Part shown: piece after piece, positions 1-9,044 of the stretch | Layout: every line of letters begins with the position of its first letter | Position numbering within the stretch: the stretch's first letter is position 1 | From: a bacterium | GTDB taxonomy: Bacteria; Krumholzibacteriota; Krumholzibacteriia; LZORAL124-64-63 | DNA: 64,000 bases | Assembly (NCBI GenBank): GCA_018829565.1 | Contig: JAHJTW010000061.1 | Location: forward strand, 119 to 64,118 | Direction of reading: 5' to 3' | Made by a program: the position numbers and the translations under genes | The notes under the pieces: generated by a model | What the model was told of the DNA's origin: nothing | Seen by the model: only the letters and a program-made list of their open reading frames with translations | Database searches by the model: none

Positions 1-575
1 CCGGTGAGCTGCTCCAGGGCGACTCCCTGCTCCTGACCCGCCACGATGTAGAACGCCAGGACCGGCAGCACCGCTCCGTTCATGGTCATCGAGACCGACA
101 TCCGGTCCAGGGGGATGCCGTCGAACAGCACCTTCATGTCCTCGATCGAATCGATGGCCACCCCGGCCTTGCCCACGTCCCCGACCACGCGCGGATGGTC
201 GCTGTCATAGCCGCGGTGGGTCGCCAGGTCGAAGGCCACCGACAGGCCCTTCTGGCCCGCGGCGAGGTTGCGCCGGTAGAAGGCGTTGGATTCCTCGGCG
301 GTGGAGAAGCCCGCGTACTGGCGCACGGTCCAGGGCCGGGTCACGTACATCGAGGCGTAGGGCCCCCGCAAGAAGGGAGGCAGACCCGCCAGGTAGCCGG
401 TGTGTTCGCAGGTGGTGATGTCCTCGGCGGTGTAGAGCGGTTTGACCGGGATCTGCTCGTTGGTCAGCCAGGTTGCGCCGGCGGGGGTCCCTGAGGGTGT
501 GCGTTCCCCGGGGATGGTTGCCATGGCAACCATCGGGTCGAAGGACACCCTGGAGAAGTCGGGCAGGCGGCTCAT
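1..575 (-). CDS. mutB: methylmalonyl-CoA mutase large (catalytic) subunit, N-terminal part; gene continues past the left edge
   Basis: Reverse translation from the ATG at 575-573 gives [10 protein letters not shown]...[76 protein letters not shown], the canonical MCM alpha N-terminal block. The start overlaps the upstream stop as ATGA (572-575). It is absent from the ORF track because it is open at the window edge. Confidence 0.9.
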   Translation of the reverse strand, partial: MSRLPDFSRVSFDPMVAMATIPGERTPSGTPAGATWLTNEQIPVKPLYTAEDITTCEHTGYLAGLPPFLRGPYASMYVTRPWTVRQYAGFSTAEESNAFYRRNLAAGQKGLSVAFDLATHRGYDSDHPRVVGDVGKAGVAIDSIEDMKVLFDGIPLDRMSVSMTMNGAVLPVLAFYIVAGQEQGVALEQLT

Positions 576-2644
576 GACTCCACCTCCTGGTCGGCGGCGA
601 GGCGATCGAGCACGGCCAGGACGTCGCTGCGCAGGTGGATGAACTCGTCCACGCCCGCCTCCTTCAGTTCGGATTCCAGGTCCCCGGGCTGACCGGCCAG
701 GATCACCCGCGGCGGGGATTCCTGAGCCTTGAGCACCCGCGCGGTCTCGGCGGCCTGCAATCGGTAGGTTTCGTCGAGCCCGACGATCACCACCACGGTC
801 GCAGAGCCGGCGGCCGCCTCTGCGGCCGCCATCGGATCGGCGAAGAAGGCGTCGGCCTTCACCTTGAATCCCCCCACCTGGAAGAAGCGGCGCACGAAAT
901 CCAGCCGCGGCATGTAGCGGGCGTAGTCGCCCAGACAGGCGCAGAACACCGTCGTTCCGGAACCTCCGCCGAGATCGGCCACCCGCCGCCTCAGGCGTTC
1001 GAAGGGCTCGGCGTCCCGGCGCAGGGGGATGGGCATCACCGCGCCCTCGGGCGACGATCCGGGCAGCAGCTGCGCGATGGTGGCGCCGGCGGCTGCCCCC
1101 TCGATCATGGCCGCGAATCCTGTCTCGGCGGGCGCGTTCCCGCGCCGGCCGGCGACCTCCCTCGCGCGGCGCTCGGCGAAACCCTCCGGCCGCGACGGTT
1201 CCCCGTTCCCCAGGACCTCGCCCGCGATGGCGTACTGGTTGACGCCGATCATGACGTCGCGGCGGGTGGCCAACCGCTCGGCGCGCGCCAGGGCGGCCGC
1301 GGCCACCCGGTGCTGGATCTGCCCGCCCTCCAGGAGGGCGAGGATGCCTCCGCCCGCCTCCACGCCCTGGAAGTGACCCCAGGCCGCGGTCGCCAGGTCG
1401 CCGGTCAGCTTCTCGGGGTACCAGCTTCCCCCGGCCGGGTCGGCCACCTGGTCCAGATGGCATTCGTGCCGCAGGATCAGCTGGACGTTCCTGGCGATGC
1501 GCCGGCTGAAGGCGTCGGACCGCCCCAGGGGCTCGTCGAAGGGGCTGGTGTGCAGGCTGTCGGCCCCGCCCAGCACGGCCGCCATGGCCCCGATGGTCGT
1601 CCGCAGCATGTTCACGTGGGGATCGACCGCGGCCAGGGTGCGCCGGCTGGTCCGGGCATGGATGAAAGCCGGGACCGGTGCGAGCCCCGCCGCCTCCTGG
1701 ATGCGGCTCCACAGCAGGCGCAGGGCGCGCAGCTTGGCGATCCCCATGAAGAAGTCGCCGCCGAGGCTGACCTGGAAGTGGATGCGACCGACCGCAGCCG
1801 CCAGGTCCAGTTCCCGCGGCTCCATCTCCCGCAGGACGTGTACGGCGCCCGCCAGGCAGAGGCCCAGTGACAGGGCGTCGTCCGCCCCGCCTTCATGCCA
1901 GGGCGTTTCATGCACGGGCAGGGTCCTCAGGCGAGGTGCGCGAGCGCCGGCCCAGCGCGCCAGATCGGCCAGCTGGTCGTAGAGGACCGCGGCAGGTTGG
2001 GGCAGGGAGCCCTCCCGGACCAGCCCGAACACCGGGTCGCAGCCGAGACATCCCTCCAGCCGGGCCGGGTCGATCCCCCGCGTCCTCGCCAGCTGGACCA
2101 GCATGGCGGCCAGGGGCACCGCGCCCGCGCCGCCGTCGATCAGGATCGGAGTCCGGGAAAGATCAACCCCCTCCAGAGCGAGGGTCAGGTCGACGAGATC
2201 GGCGATGGACGTTCCCCCTGATCCCACGTCGCCGGCGCTCGCGGTCACGGGGTCGCCTCCCAGCATCCCCGCCCTGTCCAGGACCAGGTTCACGGCCGTC
2301 TGCCCCCGGCCCAGATCGTGCCGCAAGGCGGCATTGACGTCGGCGGGATCGCAGAGGCCCAGTTCCTGAGCGATCCACCAGGGAGCCTCGTGGTAGCCGC
2401 CCGCTCGTCCCCCGCGCACGTAGGGGGCCTGCCCCGGCCGGGAATCCAGCCAGCCCAGGTTCTCCGTGTCGGCGGCGGTCGGCATGGGATCGATCGCGAT
2501 GCCCTCGAGGGTGCGGGTCACCATCGCCTTGGCGAAGGGGACGCCCTTGAGCAGGCGGTCGACCTCGGCGCGCCACTCAGCCAGGGTGGGAACGGGAAAT
2601 TCGGCCAGGAGGTGGTCGGAGGCGGGGTTCTCGGGTGCGGGCAT
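572..2644 (-). CDS. mutA: methylmalonyl-CoA mutase small (beta) subunit-like protein
   Basis: ORF 572..2695. The product has an MCM-family fold ([16 protein letters not shown]...[11 protein letters not shown]) and a C-terminal Rossmann-like tail. It is translationally coupled to mutB. I prefer the ATG at 2644 (GGAG 6-7 nt upstream) over the TTG at 2695. Confidence 0.8.
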   Translation of the reverse strand: MPAPENPASDHLLAEFPVPTLAEWRAEVDRLLKGVPFAKAMVTRTLEGIAIDPMPTAADTENLGWLDSRPGQAPYVRGGRAGGYHEAPWWIAQELGLCDPADVNAALRHDLGRGQTAVNLVLDRAGMLGGDPVTASAGDVGSGGTSIADLVDLTLALEGVDLSRTPILIDGGAGAVPLAAMLVQLARTRGIDPARLEGCLGCDPVFGLVREGSLPQPAAVLYDQLADLARWAGARAPRLRTLPVHETPWHEGGADDALSLGLCLAGAVHVLREMEPRELDLAAAVGRIHFQVSLGGDFFMGIAKLRALRLLWSRIQEAAGLAPVPAFIHARTSRRTLAAVDPHVNMLRTTIGAMAAVLGGADSLHTSPFDEPLGRSDAFSRRIARNVQLILRHECHLDQVADPAGGSWYPEKLTGDLATAAWGHFQGVEAGGGILALLEGGQIQHRVAAAALARAERLATRRDVMIGVNQYAIAGEVLGNGEPSRPEGFAERRAREVAGRRGNAPAETGFAAMIEGAAAGATIAQLLPGSSPEGAVMPIPLRRDAEPFERLRRRVADLGGGSGTTVFCACLGDYARYMPRLDFVRRFFQVGGFKVKADAFFADPMAAAEAAAGSATVVVIVGLDETYRLQAAETARVLKAQESPPRVILAGQPGDLESELKEAGVDEFIHLRSDVLAVLDRLAADQEVES

Positions 2645-2922
2645 GGAAGCTCCGGTTCGCTCGGGTGCAGCAGGCAACCACGACGGAAACGACAATCTAG
2701 CACAGGCTGGAAAGGTCGTCAGGGCCGGAGGAGGAAGTCAAGCACGGGCGAAAAAAATGGTAAAATTTTGACAGGTCTTCCAGCAACCCTACCTGGAATC
2801 ATTGGCTATCCATGACCCCCCGGCTAATGGGGGCCCGATCAGGGAGTTCCGGAAGGGCCACCCCAAGGTGGGCCATTTGACGGGATCTTCCCGGATGTGT
2901 TACGATTCATAGCTTTCAAAAT

Positions 2923-5280
2923 ATGCGATTTCCATTCCAAGAAAGTAGGCTTCCGATGTCCGGACTTTGCCTGCGGGCCCTCATCGTCTTGGTATTTGCT
3001 CTTCCCTCCCTCTGTCCTGCTCAGGATGCCTTGGTCGAATCCGAGGGCAGTTTCTGGATCCCGAATCCACTGGAGATCGCGGATCTTGCCGTCACCGCAT
3101 CGGCGCCCTGGAAGGACTCGATCCTGATGGCCGGTCCCACGGGCCTGTACCTGCTCGACTGCAGGGAAACCCTCAAGCCGAGAATCCACAGCCAGGCCCT
3201 CGGCTCGTACACGGATCTCGCTGTTGGTGGCGATCTCGTCGCAGCCGTGGAATCGAGTCATGTCGATATCTTCCGATTGCCGGCGCTCGATCCCCTCGCC
3301 CGGATCACCTTCAGTGCCGGGGATCTGGTGGTGGCCATCCAGGACTCCCTCCTAGGCGTGGCCGATCCCCGCAATCTCTTCCTGTACGCCCTCTCCGATC
3401 CGGGCAACCCTCATGCTCTTGGATCCGTGAATTTAGGCTTGGGTACCAGGACTTCCCAGCTTGGTCATCATCTTTGTTTGGGCTATCCATTCGCAATCGC
3501 CACGGAATTTGGCGGCGGGAATAACGTTTTAGGTTGGTACGGTAAGATGTCAGTAGTGGATATCACCGATCCCTCCCAACCGGTCGTTTCCGATTTCCAT
3601 GATCATTTTCCGGAGGCGTTACCCTGGGATACATTCTACTTCATCATGACTGTACCATACCCGCCCGGCTTTCTCCTTTACAGTGTGGTCATGGATTTTT
3701 CCAACCCATACCCTTATGACGGCTACCATTTTGTGACCCGTTTCACGGTCGGGCCAGAAGGCAAGGTGGAGTGGGACCACACATCCTCAGCTTTCCACGG
3801 AACTCGCAAAACTGGCACGGTATTCACTGAAGGTAGTAAGGTCTTCTTCAAATCCAATGATTCCCCATTTGAAGTGGCCGACGCCGGTTGGGATCATCCG
3901 AATTTTCTTTTTTCCCCGGCAGGCCCCGATATCGGTCCCCTGCCCCTCAGCTGGATTCCGGAACAGGATCTGGTCGCATGCGGCAGTTCATTATTCCGGA
4001 TGGCAGATCTCGGTCATACCCCCGTGCAGATTTTCAATGGTGGCTCCAGCGCCCTGGCCAAGCTGGATGAAAGAACTGCCGTGAAACTCCGTTGGTGGAG
4101 TGTTGTTGATTTTGGATACACAGAATGGAGTTTGGAGTCCATTGATCTGTCGCTCAGGCCCCCTGAAATGATATCGAATATCATGGAGGGCTATGACTAC
4201 GCCCGGGAATTGGCCTTGGTAGGCCGCCGGGCTTATCTTTCCGATCCCCGCCTACAAGCCGACATCGCTGCTGATGGAACCATCGCTCCCGCCGAAGCGA
4301 CCACCTTCCCCCCCATCACCGCCGTCCTGGCCTGGGACCAGTATCAAGTCGTCTCCCACGACGACAACTTCCTCGGCATCTACACCCTCGACCAGAACAA
4401 CGATCCCTGCCTGGTCGCCTCCCTGCCGAATCTGCCCGCGGGCCAGCTGCTGAGAATCGGCGACTACCTGTATCTGGGGGGCAGCGGCCAGGTGTCGGTC
4501 ATCGACCTCGGGGATCCGCTGGCTCCCGACCTGATGGGGATGGGTCCTCTGGCCGGCCGCTTCGGATCCATTTCAGGGAACCGGCTCTTCACGTTCGACG
4601 ATTCCTTTCTCTATCTTCATGACATCGGCAACCCTCTCGCCCCAGTCACCAAAGGTTCGCAAGACATCGGCTCGACCATCCACGATGTCCTGGCCCTGGG
4701 AAACCGGGTTTATCTTGCCCTGGGAAGCAAGGGAGTCGCGGTCATGCAATTCGTCCCCGGCTTTGGTGTCAAGGCCATCGGCGGGGACGTGTTCACCCAG
4801 GCTACGCGGCTGATCCTCACCGATTCGGGAATATTGACTGATACAAGGAACAGGGACGAGGTCCTCCACATCCTACCCCTTAGCCGCTTCGATCTCTCGC
4901 CGGTCAGCGGAACCGCCATGATCCCCTCTCCGGGGTACCGCCCTAGGCAGGCTCCCGGCGGCACCCTGGCCTCACCGGCCCTCACACTGTCAAGCGAACC
5001 TGACGCGGGTGCGGGTCTTTCCGCCCATCCCAACCCTGCCAATCCCCTGACCCTGATCCGGTACTTCGTGCCCCAGGAGGGGTTGGCCAAACTGGCGGTC
5101 TTCTCCCTGGACGGCCGACGGGTCGCCACCATCGTGGATGGCTATCAACCAGCTGGCCCCGGGAGCGCCCAGTGGGACGGCACGGACCATGGAGGTAGGC
5201 CGGTTCCCTCCGGAGTCTATCTATTGAGACTGGAAACGGAGAAGGCGGTCTCGAACGGAAGGGTAACCCTGATCCGTTGA
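2923..5280 (+). CDS. secreted LVIVD-repeat (beta-propeller-like) surface protein with FlgD-Ig/T9SS-type C-terminal domain
   Basis: Signal peptide (MSGLCLRALIVLVFALPSLCPAQD; alternative start 2956). Repeated units of the LVIVD style (SVVDITDPSQP, VSVIDLGDPLAP, LYLHDIGNPLAP). C-terminus HPNPANPLTLIRYFVP...FSLDGRRVATIV...WDGTDHGGRPVPSGVYLLRL. Confidence 0.75.
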   Translation: MRFPFQESRLPMSGLCLRALIVLVFALPSLCPAQDALVESEGSFWIPNPLEIADLAVTASAPWKDSILMAGPTGLYLLDCRETLKPRIHSQALGSYTDLAVGGDLVAAVESSHVDIFRLPALDPLARITFSAGDLVVAIQDSLLGVADPRNLFLYALSDPGNPHALGSVNLGLGTRTSQLGHHLCLGYPFAIATEFGGGNNVLGWYGKMSVVDITDPSQPVVSDFHDHFPEALPWDTFYFIMTVPYPPGFLLYSVVMDFSNPYPYDGYHFVTRFTVGPEGKVEWDHTSSAFHGTRKTGTVFTEGSKVFFKSNDSPFEVADAGWDHPNFLFSPAGPDIGPLPLSWIPEQDLVACGSSLFRMADLGHTPVQIFNGGSSALAKLDERTAVKLRWWSVVDFGYTEWSLESIDLSLRPPEMISNIMEGYDYARELALVGRRAYLSDPRLQADIAADGTIAPAEATTFPPITAVLAWDQYQVVSHDDNFLGIYTLDQNNDPCLVASLPNLPAGQLLRIGDYLYLGGSGQVSVIDLGDPLAPDLMGMGPLAGRFGSISGNRLFTFDDSFLYLHDIGNPLAPVTKGSQDIGSTIHDVLALGNRVYLALGSKGVAVMQFVPGFGVKAIGGDVFTQATRLILTDSGILTDTRNRDEVLHILPLSRFDLSPVSGTAMIPSPGYRPRQAPGGTLASPALTLSSEPDAGAGLSAHPNPANPLTLIRYFVPQEGLAKLAVFSLDGRRVATIVDGYQPAGPGSAQWDGTDHGGRPVPSGVYLLRLETEKAVSNGRVTLIR

Positions 5281-5297
5281 CGGCCCCGCACATTTAT

Positions 5298-5326
5298 TTG
5301 ACTTCCGGCGACTCAAAGGATTTAAT
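5298..5326 (+). promoter_or_regulatory. sigma70-type promoter for the Rrf2-norB pair
   Basis: TTGACT (5298-5303), 17-nt spacer, TTTAAT (5321-5326). It is followed by GAGGTGA (5335-5341) and the ATG at 5347. Confidence 0.5.
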
Positions 5327-5346
5327 TGTCCGCTGAGGTGACGATC

Positions 5347-5748
5347 ATGATGTCTCAGACTTCCCGCTACGCCTTCCACGTCCTGGGCTTCCTCGCCTCC
5401 CACGGCGGCCGCCTCATTCCGGGCGACGAGCTGGCGGCAGCCACGGGGATTCCGGCCAACTACCTGGTCAAGATCCTCAACCAGCTGCGCAAGGGCGGGC
5501 TGGTGGAATCCCGCAAGGGTTGGGGAGGCGGCTTCGCCCTCAAGCCCGGAGCGGAGGACCGCCCCATCCTGGACGTCGTGGAGATCATCGAGGGACAGGG
5601 CGCCGGCGCGAAGGACGATTGCGCCTTCGGGCGTCCGGCCTGCGATGCGGGCAATCCCTGTCCCATGCACGAGGGATGGGCGGAGATCAGGGACGGTTAC
5701 CATACCCTGCTGTCGCGCACCCTGGTCCGGGACCTGGCTTCCCCTTGA
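5347..5748 (+). CDS. Rrf2-family transcriptional regulator (NsrR-like, three-Cys cluster)
   Basis: MMSQTSRYAFHVLGFLASH...IPANYLVKILNQLRKGGLVESRKGWGGGFAL is an Rrf2 winged helix. The C-terminal CAFGRPACDAGNPC supplies three Cys. It lies directly upstream of the NO reductase. The RBS-supported ATG at 5347 is preferred over the TTG at 5326. Confidence 0.85.
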   Translation: MMSQTSRYAFHVLGFLASHGGRLIPGDELAAATGIPANYLVKILNQLRKGGLVESRKGWGGGFALKPGAEDRPILDVVEIIEGQGAGAKDDCAFGRPACDAGNPCPMHEGWAEIRDGYHTLLSRTLVRDLASP

Positions 5749-5826
5749 TTTTTTTTCCCCACTCAGGGGATAATAGGATGTCCTGATCTTTTGGACCCCG
5801 AGCGGCCCCCTGGCCATGGAGGAACG

Positions 5827-8112
5827 ATGAATTACAAGAAACTCTGGATCGTTTTCGCCCTGGTGGTCGTCGGCTCGTTCGCCGTCCTGGGCATCTTCGG
5901 CAGGGAGATCTACCGCCAGGCGCCCCCCATCCCCGACAGGGTGGTGACTCCCTCGGGCCAGGTCATCTTCACCGGACAGGACATCAGGGACGGCCAGAAC
6001 GTGTGGCAATCCACCGGCGGCCAGGAACTGGGCACCGTCTGGGGCCACGGAGCCTACATCGCCCCCGACTGGTCGGCGGACTGGCTCCATCGCGAGGGCG
6101 CTACCCTGCTCGAGGCCTGGGCCCGGCGCGATCACCTGATGGGGGCCGACGATCTTCCCCTCGAGACCAGGGCCGCCCTGGAGGCCCGGCTGCAGGCCGA
6201 GATCCGGAACAACGGTTACGATCCCGAGACCGGGGACTTGACCGTGTCGGACGACCGGGCCGCCGCCATCGCCCCCATCGCCGCGTATTACCGGGCGCTG
6301 TTCAGCGACGATCCAGCCCTGAGGGAGACCCGCGAGGCCTACGCCATGCGGGAGAACACCGTGGCCGGGGAGGAGAGGCTGCGCCAGCTGACGGCCTTCT
6401 TCTTCTGGGCCAGCTGGGCCTGCGTGACCGAACGCCCCGGTTCCGAGGTCACCTACACCAACAACTGGCCGCCCGACGACCTGGTCGGCAACCGGCCCAC
6501 CCCCAGCCTCATCCTGTGGACCGGTTTCTCGGTGATCATCCTGATCGCCGGCATCGCCATGCTGGCCTGGTACTACGCATCCCACCGGGACGAGGAACCC
6601 GACGCGGCCGACCTGCCCGCCGACGACCCCTTGATGGCCCTGTCCCCCACGCCCTCGATGAGCGCCACCCTCAAGTACTTCTGGGTGGTGACGGCCCTGA
6701 TCGTCGTGCAGGTGGCCATGGGGGCGATCACCGCGCACTACGGGGTCGAGGGAACCGGGTTCTACGGCCTGGACCTCTCCAGCATCCTGCCCTACAGCCT
6801 CAGCCGCACCTGGCACGTCCAGCTGGCCATCTTCTGGATCGCGACCTCCTGGCTGGCCACCGGGCTGTTCATCGCCCCTGCGGTGTCCGGCCATGAGCCG
6901 AGATTCCAGCGGCTGGGCGTCAACGTCCTGTTCGGCGCCCTGCTCGTCGTGGTGGCCGGATCGCTGACCGGGCAATGGTTCGGGATCATGCAGCGGCTGG
7001 GCCTGGTGGAGAACTTCTGGTTCGGCCACCAGGGCTACGAATACGTGGACCTGGGCCGGTTGTGGCAGATCCTGCTTCTGGTGGGCCTGTTCCTGTGGCT
7101 GCTGCTGATGGTCCGCGCCCTGATGCCGGCGCTGCGCCGGCCCGACAGCAGCCGACCTCTCCTGGTGCTGCTGGTCATCTCCTGCATCGCCATCGCCGGC
7201 TTCTACGGCGCCGGCCTGATGTGGGGCCGCCAGACGAATCTCGCCCTGGCCGAATACTGGCGCTGGTGGGTGGTCCACCTCTGGGTGGAAGGCTTCTTCG
7301 AGGTCTTCGCCACGGTGGTCATCGCGTTCCTGTTCGTCCGGCTGGGCCTGCTGAAGGTTGGGCTGGCGACCGCCGCGGCCCTGTTCTCCACCAACGTGTT
7401 CCTGGCCGGCGGCATCATCGGAACCTTCCACCACCTCTACTTCACCGGCACGCCCACGGCCGTCCTGGCCCTGGGAGCCACCTTCAGCGCCCTGGAGGTC
7501 GTGCCCCTGGTCCTGCTCGGCTTCGAGGCCTACCACAACCTCCGCCTCAGCCGCGCCAAGCCCTGGATCCAGGCCTACAAGTGGCCCATCTACTGCTTCG
7601 TCGCGGTCGCCTTCTGGAACCTGGTCGGGGCCGGGATCTTCGGGTTCCTGATCAACCCTCCCATCGCCCTCTACTACATGCAGGGCCTGAACACGACCCC
7701 CGTCCACGGGCACACCGCGCTGTTCGGCGTCTACGGGATGCTGGGGATCGGCCTGATGCTGTTCGTCCTCAAGGGCCTCGCCGCAAGGAACGTCTGGAAG
7801 GAGGGAGTGCTGCGGTTCGCCTTCTGGGCCATCAACATCGGACTGGCGCTGATGGTCCTGATCTCGGTGCTGCCCATCGGCCTCGCCCAGACCCTGGCCT
7901 CGGTCAGGGAAGGCCTGTGGTACGCCCGGTCCCAGGAGTTCATGCAGCAGGATTACATGCAGACATTGCGCTGGTTGCGGGTCATCGGGGACACCATCTT
8001 CGCGTTGGGGACCCTCGCCCTGGCCTGGTTCATCGCGGGGTTGAAGGGCGGCTGGTCGGTCTCCGGGGCGACCGACATGCCCCGCAGGGGTGGAGCCGCC
8101 GGGGTCGATTGA
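5827..8112 (+). CDS. norB: quinol-dependent nitric oxide reductase (qNOR, single-subunit NorB/NorZ type)
   Basis: 761 aa from the ATG at 5827 (GGAGG at 5817-5821). There is an N-terminal membrane anchor plus a periplasmic extension, then a 12-TM heme-copper oxidase-like core with conserved His clusters (WVVHLWVEGFFE, GTFHHLYF, HGHTALFGVYG). Confidence 0.9.
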   Translation: MNYKKLWIVFALVVVGSFAVLGIFGREIYRQAPPIPDRVVTPSGQVIFTGQDIRDGQNVWQSTGGQELGTVWGHGAYIAPDWSADWLHREGATLLEAWARRDHLMGADDLPLETRAALEARLQAEIRNNGYDPETGDLTVSDDRAAAIAPIAAYYRALFSDDPALRETREAYAMRENTVAGEERLRQLTAFFFWASWACVTERPGSEVTYTNNWPPDDLVGNRPTPSLILWTGFSVIILIAGIAMLAWYYASHRDEEPDAADLPADDPLMALSPTPSMSATLKYFWVVTALIVVQVAMGAITAHYGVEGTGFYGLDLSSILPYSLSRTWHVQLAIFWIATSWLATGLFIAPAVSGHEPRFQRLGVNVLFGALLVVVAGSLTGQWFGIMQRLGLVENFWFGHQGYEYVDLGRLWQILLLVGLFLWLLLMVRALMPALRRPDSSRPLLVLLVISCIAIAGFYGAGLMWGRQTNLALAEYWRWWVVHLWVEGFFEVFATVVIAFLFVRLGLLKVGLATAAALFSTNVFLAGGIIGTFHHLYFTGTPTAVLALGATFSALEVVPLVLLGFEAYHNLRLSRAKPWIQAYKWPIYCFVAVAFWNLVGAGIFGFLINPPIALYYMQGLNTTPVHGHTALFGVYGMLGIGLMLFVLKGLAARNVWKEGVLRFAFWAINIGLALMVLISVLPIGLAQTLASVREGLWYARSQEFMQQDYMQTLRWLRVIGDTIFALGTLALAWFIAGLKGGWSVSGATDMPRRGGAAGVD

Positions 8113-8124
8113 CCTCCTGACAAG

Positions 8125-8152
8125 CCGAACCCCCGCGAGGGCGGGGGTTCGG
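8125..8152. terminator. GC hairpin between convergent norB and fadR
   Basis: CCGAACCCCCGC-gagg-GCGGGGGTTCGG, a perfect 12-bp stem. No long T-run, so activity is uncertain. Confidence 0.45.
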
Positions 8153-8181
8153 CCGTCCGGTGGGCGATCCGCAGGGAAACT

Positions 8182-8787
8182 TCAGTTCTCGGGTCGAGGA
8201 CAGCGCGCCACCCCGCCCAGGATCAGGTCGGCCACCTCCCGGGCCTTGCCCTCCAGCCGCGTGTTGCGGCGTGACAGCACCCAGTCGGTCGCCATCTCGT
8301 CCAGGATCCCGAAGATGGCCTTGGCGCCCAGGACCGGATCCAGGCCCGCCCGGAAGATGCCCTCGTCCCTGCCTTCGGCCAGGACCTCGGCGATGATCTC
8401 CAGATAACGTCCCACCTGGGCCCGGGACAGTTCCTCCATGAAGTGCAGGCTGTGGCGCAGTTCGACCTGGGTGATGATGGCCAGGTCCCGGTCCTGGCCC
8501 ACCAGGGTCAGGTGCCGCTCGACGATGTCCCTCAGCTTGGCCTCCGCTCCCGCGAAACCCGCCAGCCGGTCGCGCCCCTCCTCGATGAAACGGCCCAGGG
8601 CCCGGTCGAACAGGGAGACCAGCACCTCTTCCTTGTTCTTGAAGTAAAGGTAGATGGTCCCGTCGGCCACGCCCGCCCGGCGGGCGATCATGGCGACGGT
8701 GGTCAGGTGGAAACCCCTGCGGGCGATCTCCACCACGGCCGCATCCAGGATGCGTTGCTTCTTGTCACCCGGGGATGTTCTTGCCAT
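8182..8787 (-). CDS. fadR: TetR-family fatty-acid degradation repressor (Bacillus FadR/YsiA-like)
   Basis: RILDAAVVEIARRGFHLTTVAMIARRAGVADGTIYLYFKNKEEVLVSLF...DLAIITQVELRHS closely follows the YsiA sequence as I remember it (GVADGTIYLYFKNKE, LAIVTQLELRQS). It is divergent from the fadN operon. An alternative TTG start lies at 8835. Confidence 0.85.
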   Translation of the reverse strand: MARTSPGDKKQRILDAAVVEIARRGFHLTTVAMIARRAGVADGTIYLYFKNKEEVLVSLFDRALGRFIEEGRDRLAGFAGAEAKLRDIVERHLTLVGQDRDLAIITQVELRHSLHFMEELSRAQVGRYLEIIAEVLAEGRDEGIFRAGLDPVLGAKAIFGILDEMATDWVLSRRNTRLEGKAREVADLILGGVARCPRPEN

Positions 8788-8790
8788 TCT

Positions 8791-8804
8791 TGAATACCTA
8801 TTCA
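8791..8804. promoter_or_regulatory. candidate FadR operator (autoregulatory site)
   Basis: TGAATACCTATTCA, a 6+2+6 palindrome abutting the fadR ATG. It shares TGAAT..ATTCATTA with the site at 8951. Confidence 0.45.
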
Positions 8805-8861
8805 TTAGGCCGGACAGGGCCGGCCGAAGAGGCAAACCCGCTTCCCGAATTGCGCTTTCGG

Positions 8862-8890
8862 ATTATAAACGGCAATAATCAGTGAAACAA
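8862..8890 (-). promoter_or_regulatory. candidate fadR promoter
   Basis: On the minus strand: TTGTTT (8890-8885), 17 nt, TATAAT (8867-8862). Confidence 0.4.
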
Positions 8891-8919
8891 GCGGTATTCC
8901 CGAAAATCCCCCAAAGCGA

Positions 8920-8948
8920 TTGACACCCTGACCGATTCCCGTTAAGAT
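8920..8948 (+). promoter_or_regulatory. sigma70-type promoter of the fadN-fadA-fadE operon
   Basis: TTGACA (8920-8925), 17-nt spacer, TAAGAT (8943-8948). Confidence 0.65.
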
Positions 8949-8950
8949 AC

Positions 8951-8964
8951 TGAATGATCATTCA
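8951..8964. promoter_or_regulatory. candidate FadR operator overlapping the fadN transcription start
   Basis: Perfect 14-bp palindrome TGAATGATCATTCA, 2 nt downstream of the -10 element. Confidence 0.55.
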
Positions 8965-9044
8965 TTAATCTGCGAATCCGTGAACCCGTGCGGTCCGGTT
9001 AGGCCGCACCTTCAAGGTGTTTCGACCCTGGAAAGGCAGAGCCC

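Noticed and set aside
2846-2890. Possible SRP (4.5S) RNA: the CCGGAAGG tetraloop-like motif in GTTCCGGAAGGGCCACCCCAAGGTGGGCC.
   Set aside because: The conserved AGCA/GGCA symmetric-loop nucleotides after the GGAA loop are absent. The flanks do not fold into the long helix 8/5 hairpin. Only a short imperfect stem (GGGCCACC/GGTGGGCC) is present.
2645-2922. Cobalamin riboswitch upstream of the methylmalonyl-CoA mutase genes.
   Set aside because: I looked on the minus strand for a B12-box-like element and the typical multi-stem core and found none. The region looks like an ordinary divergent promoter region.
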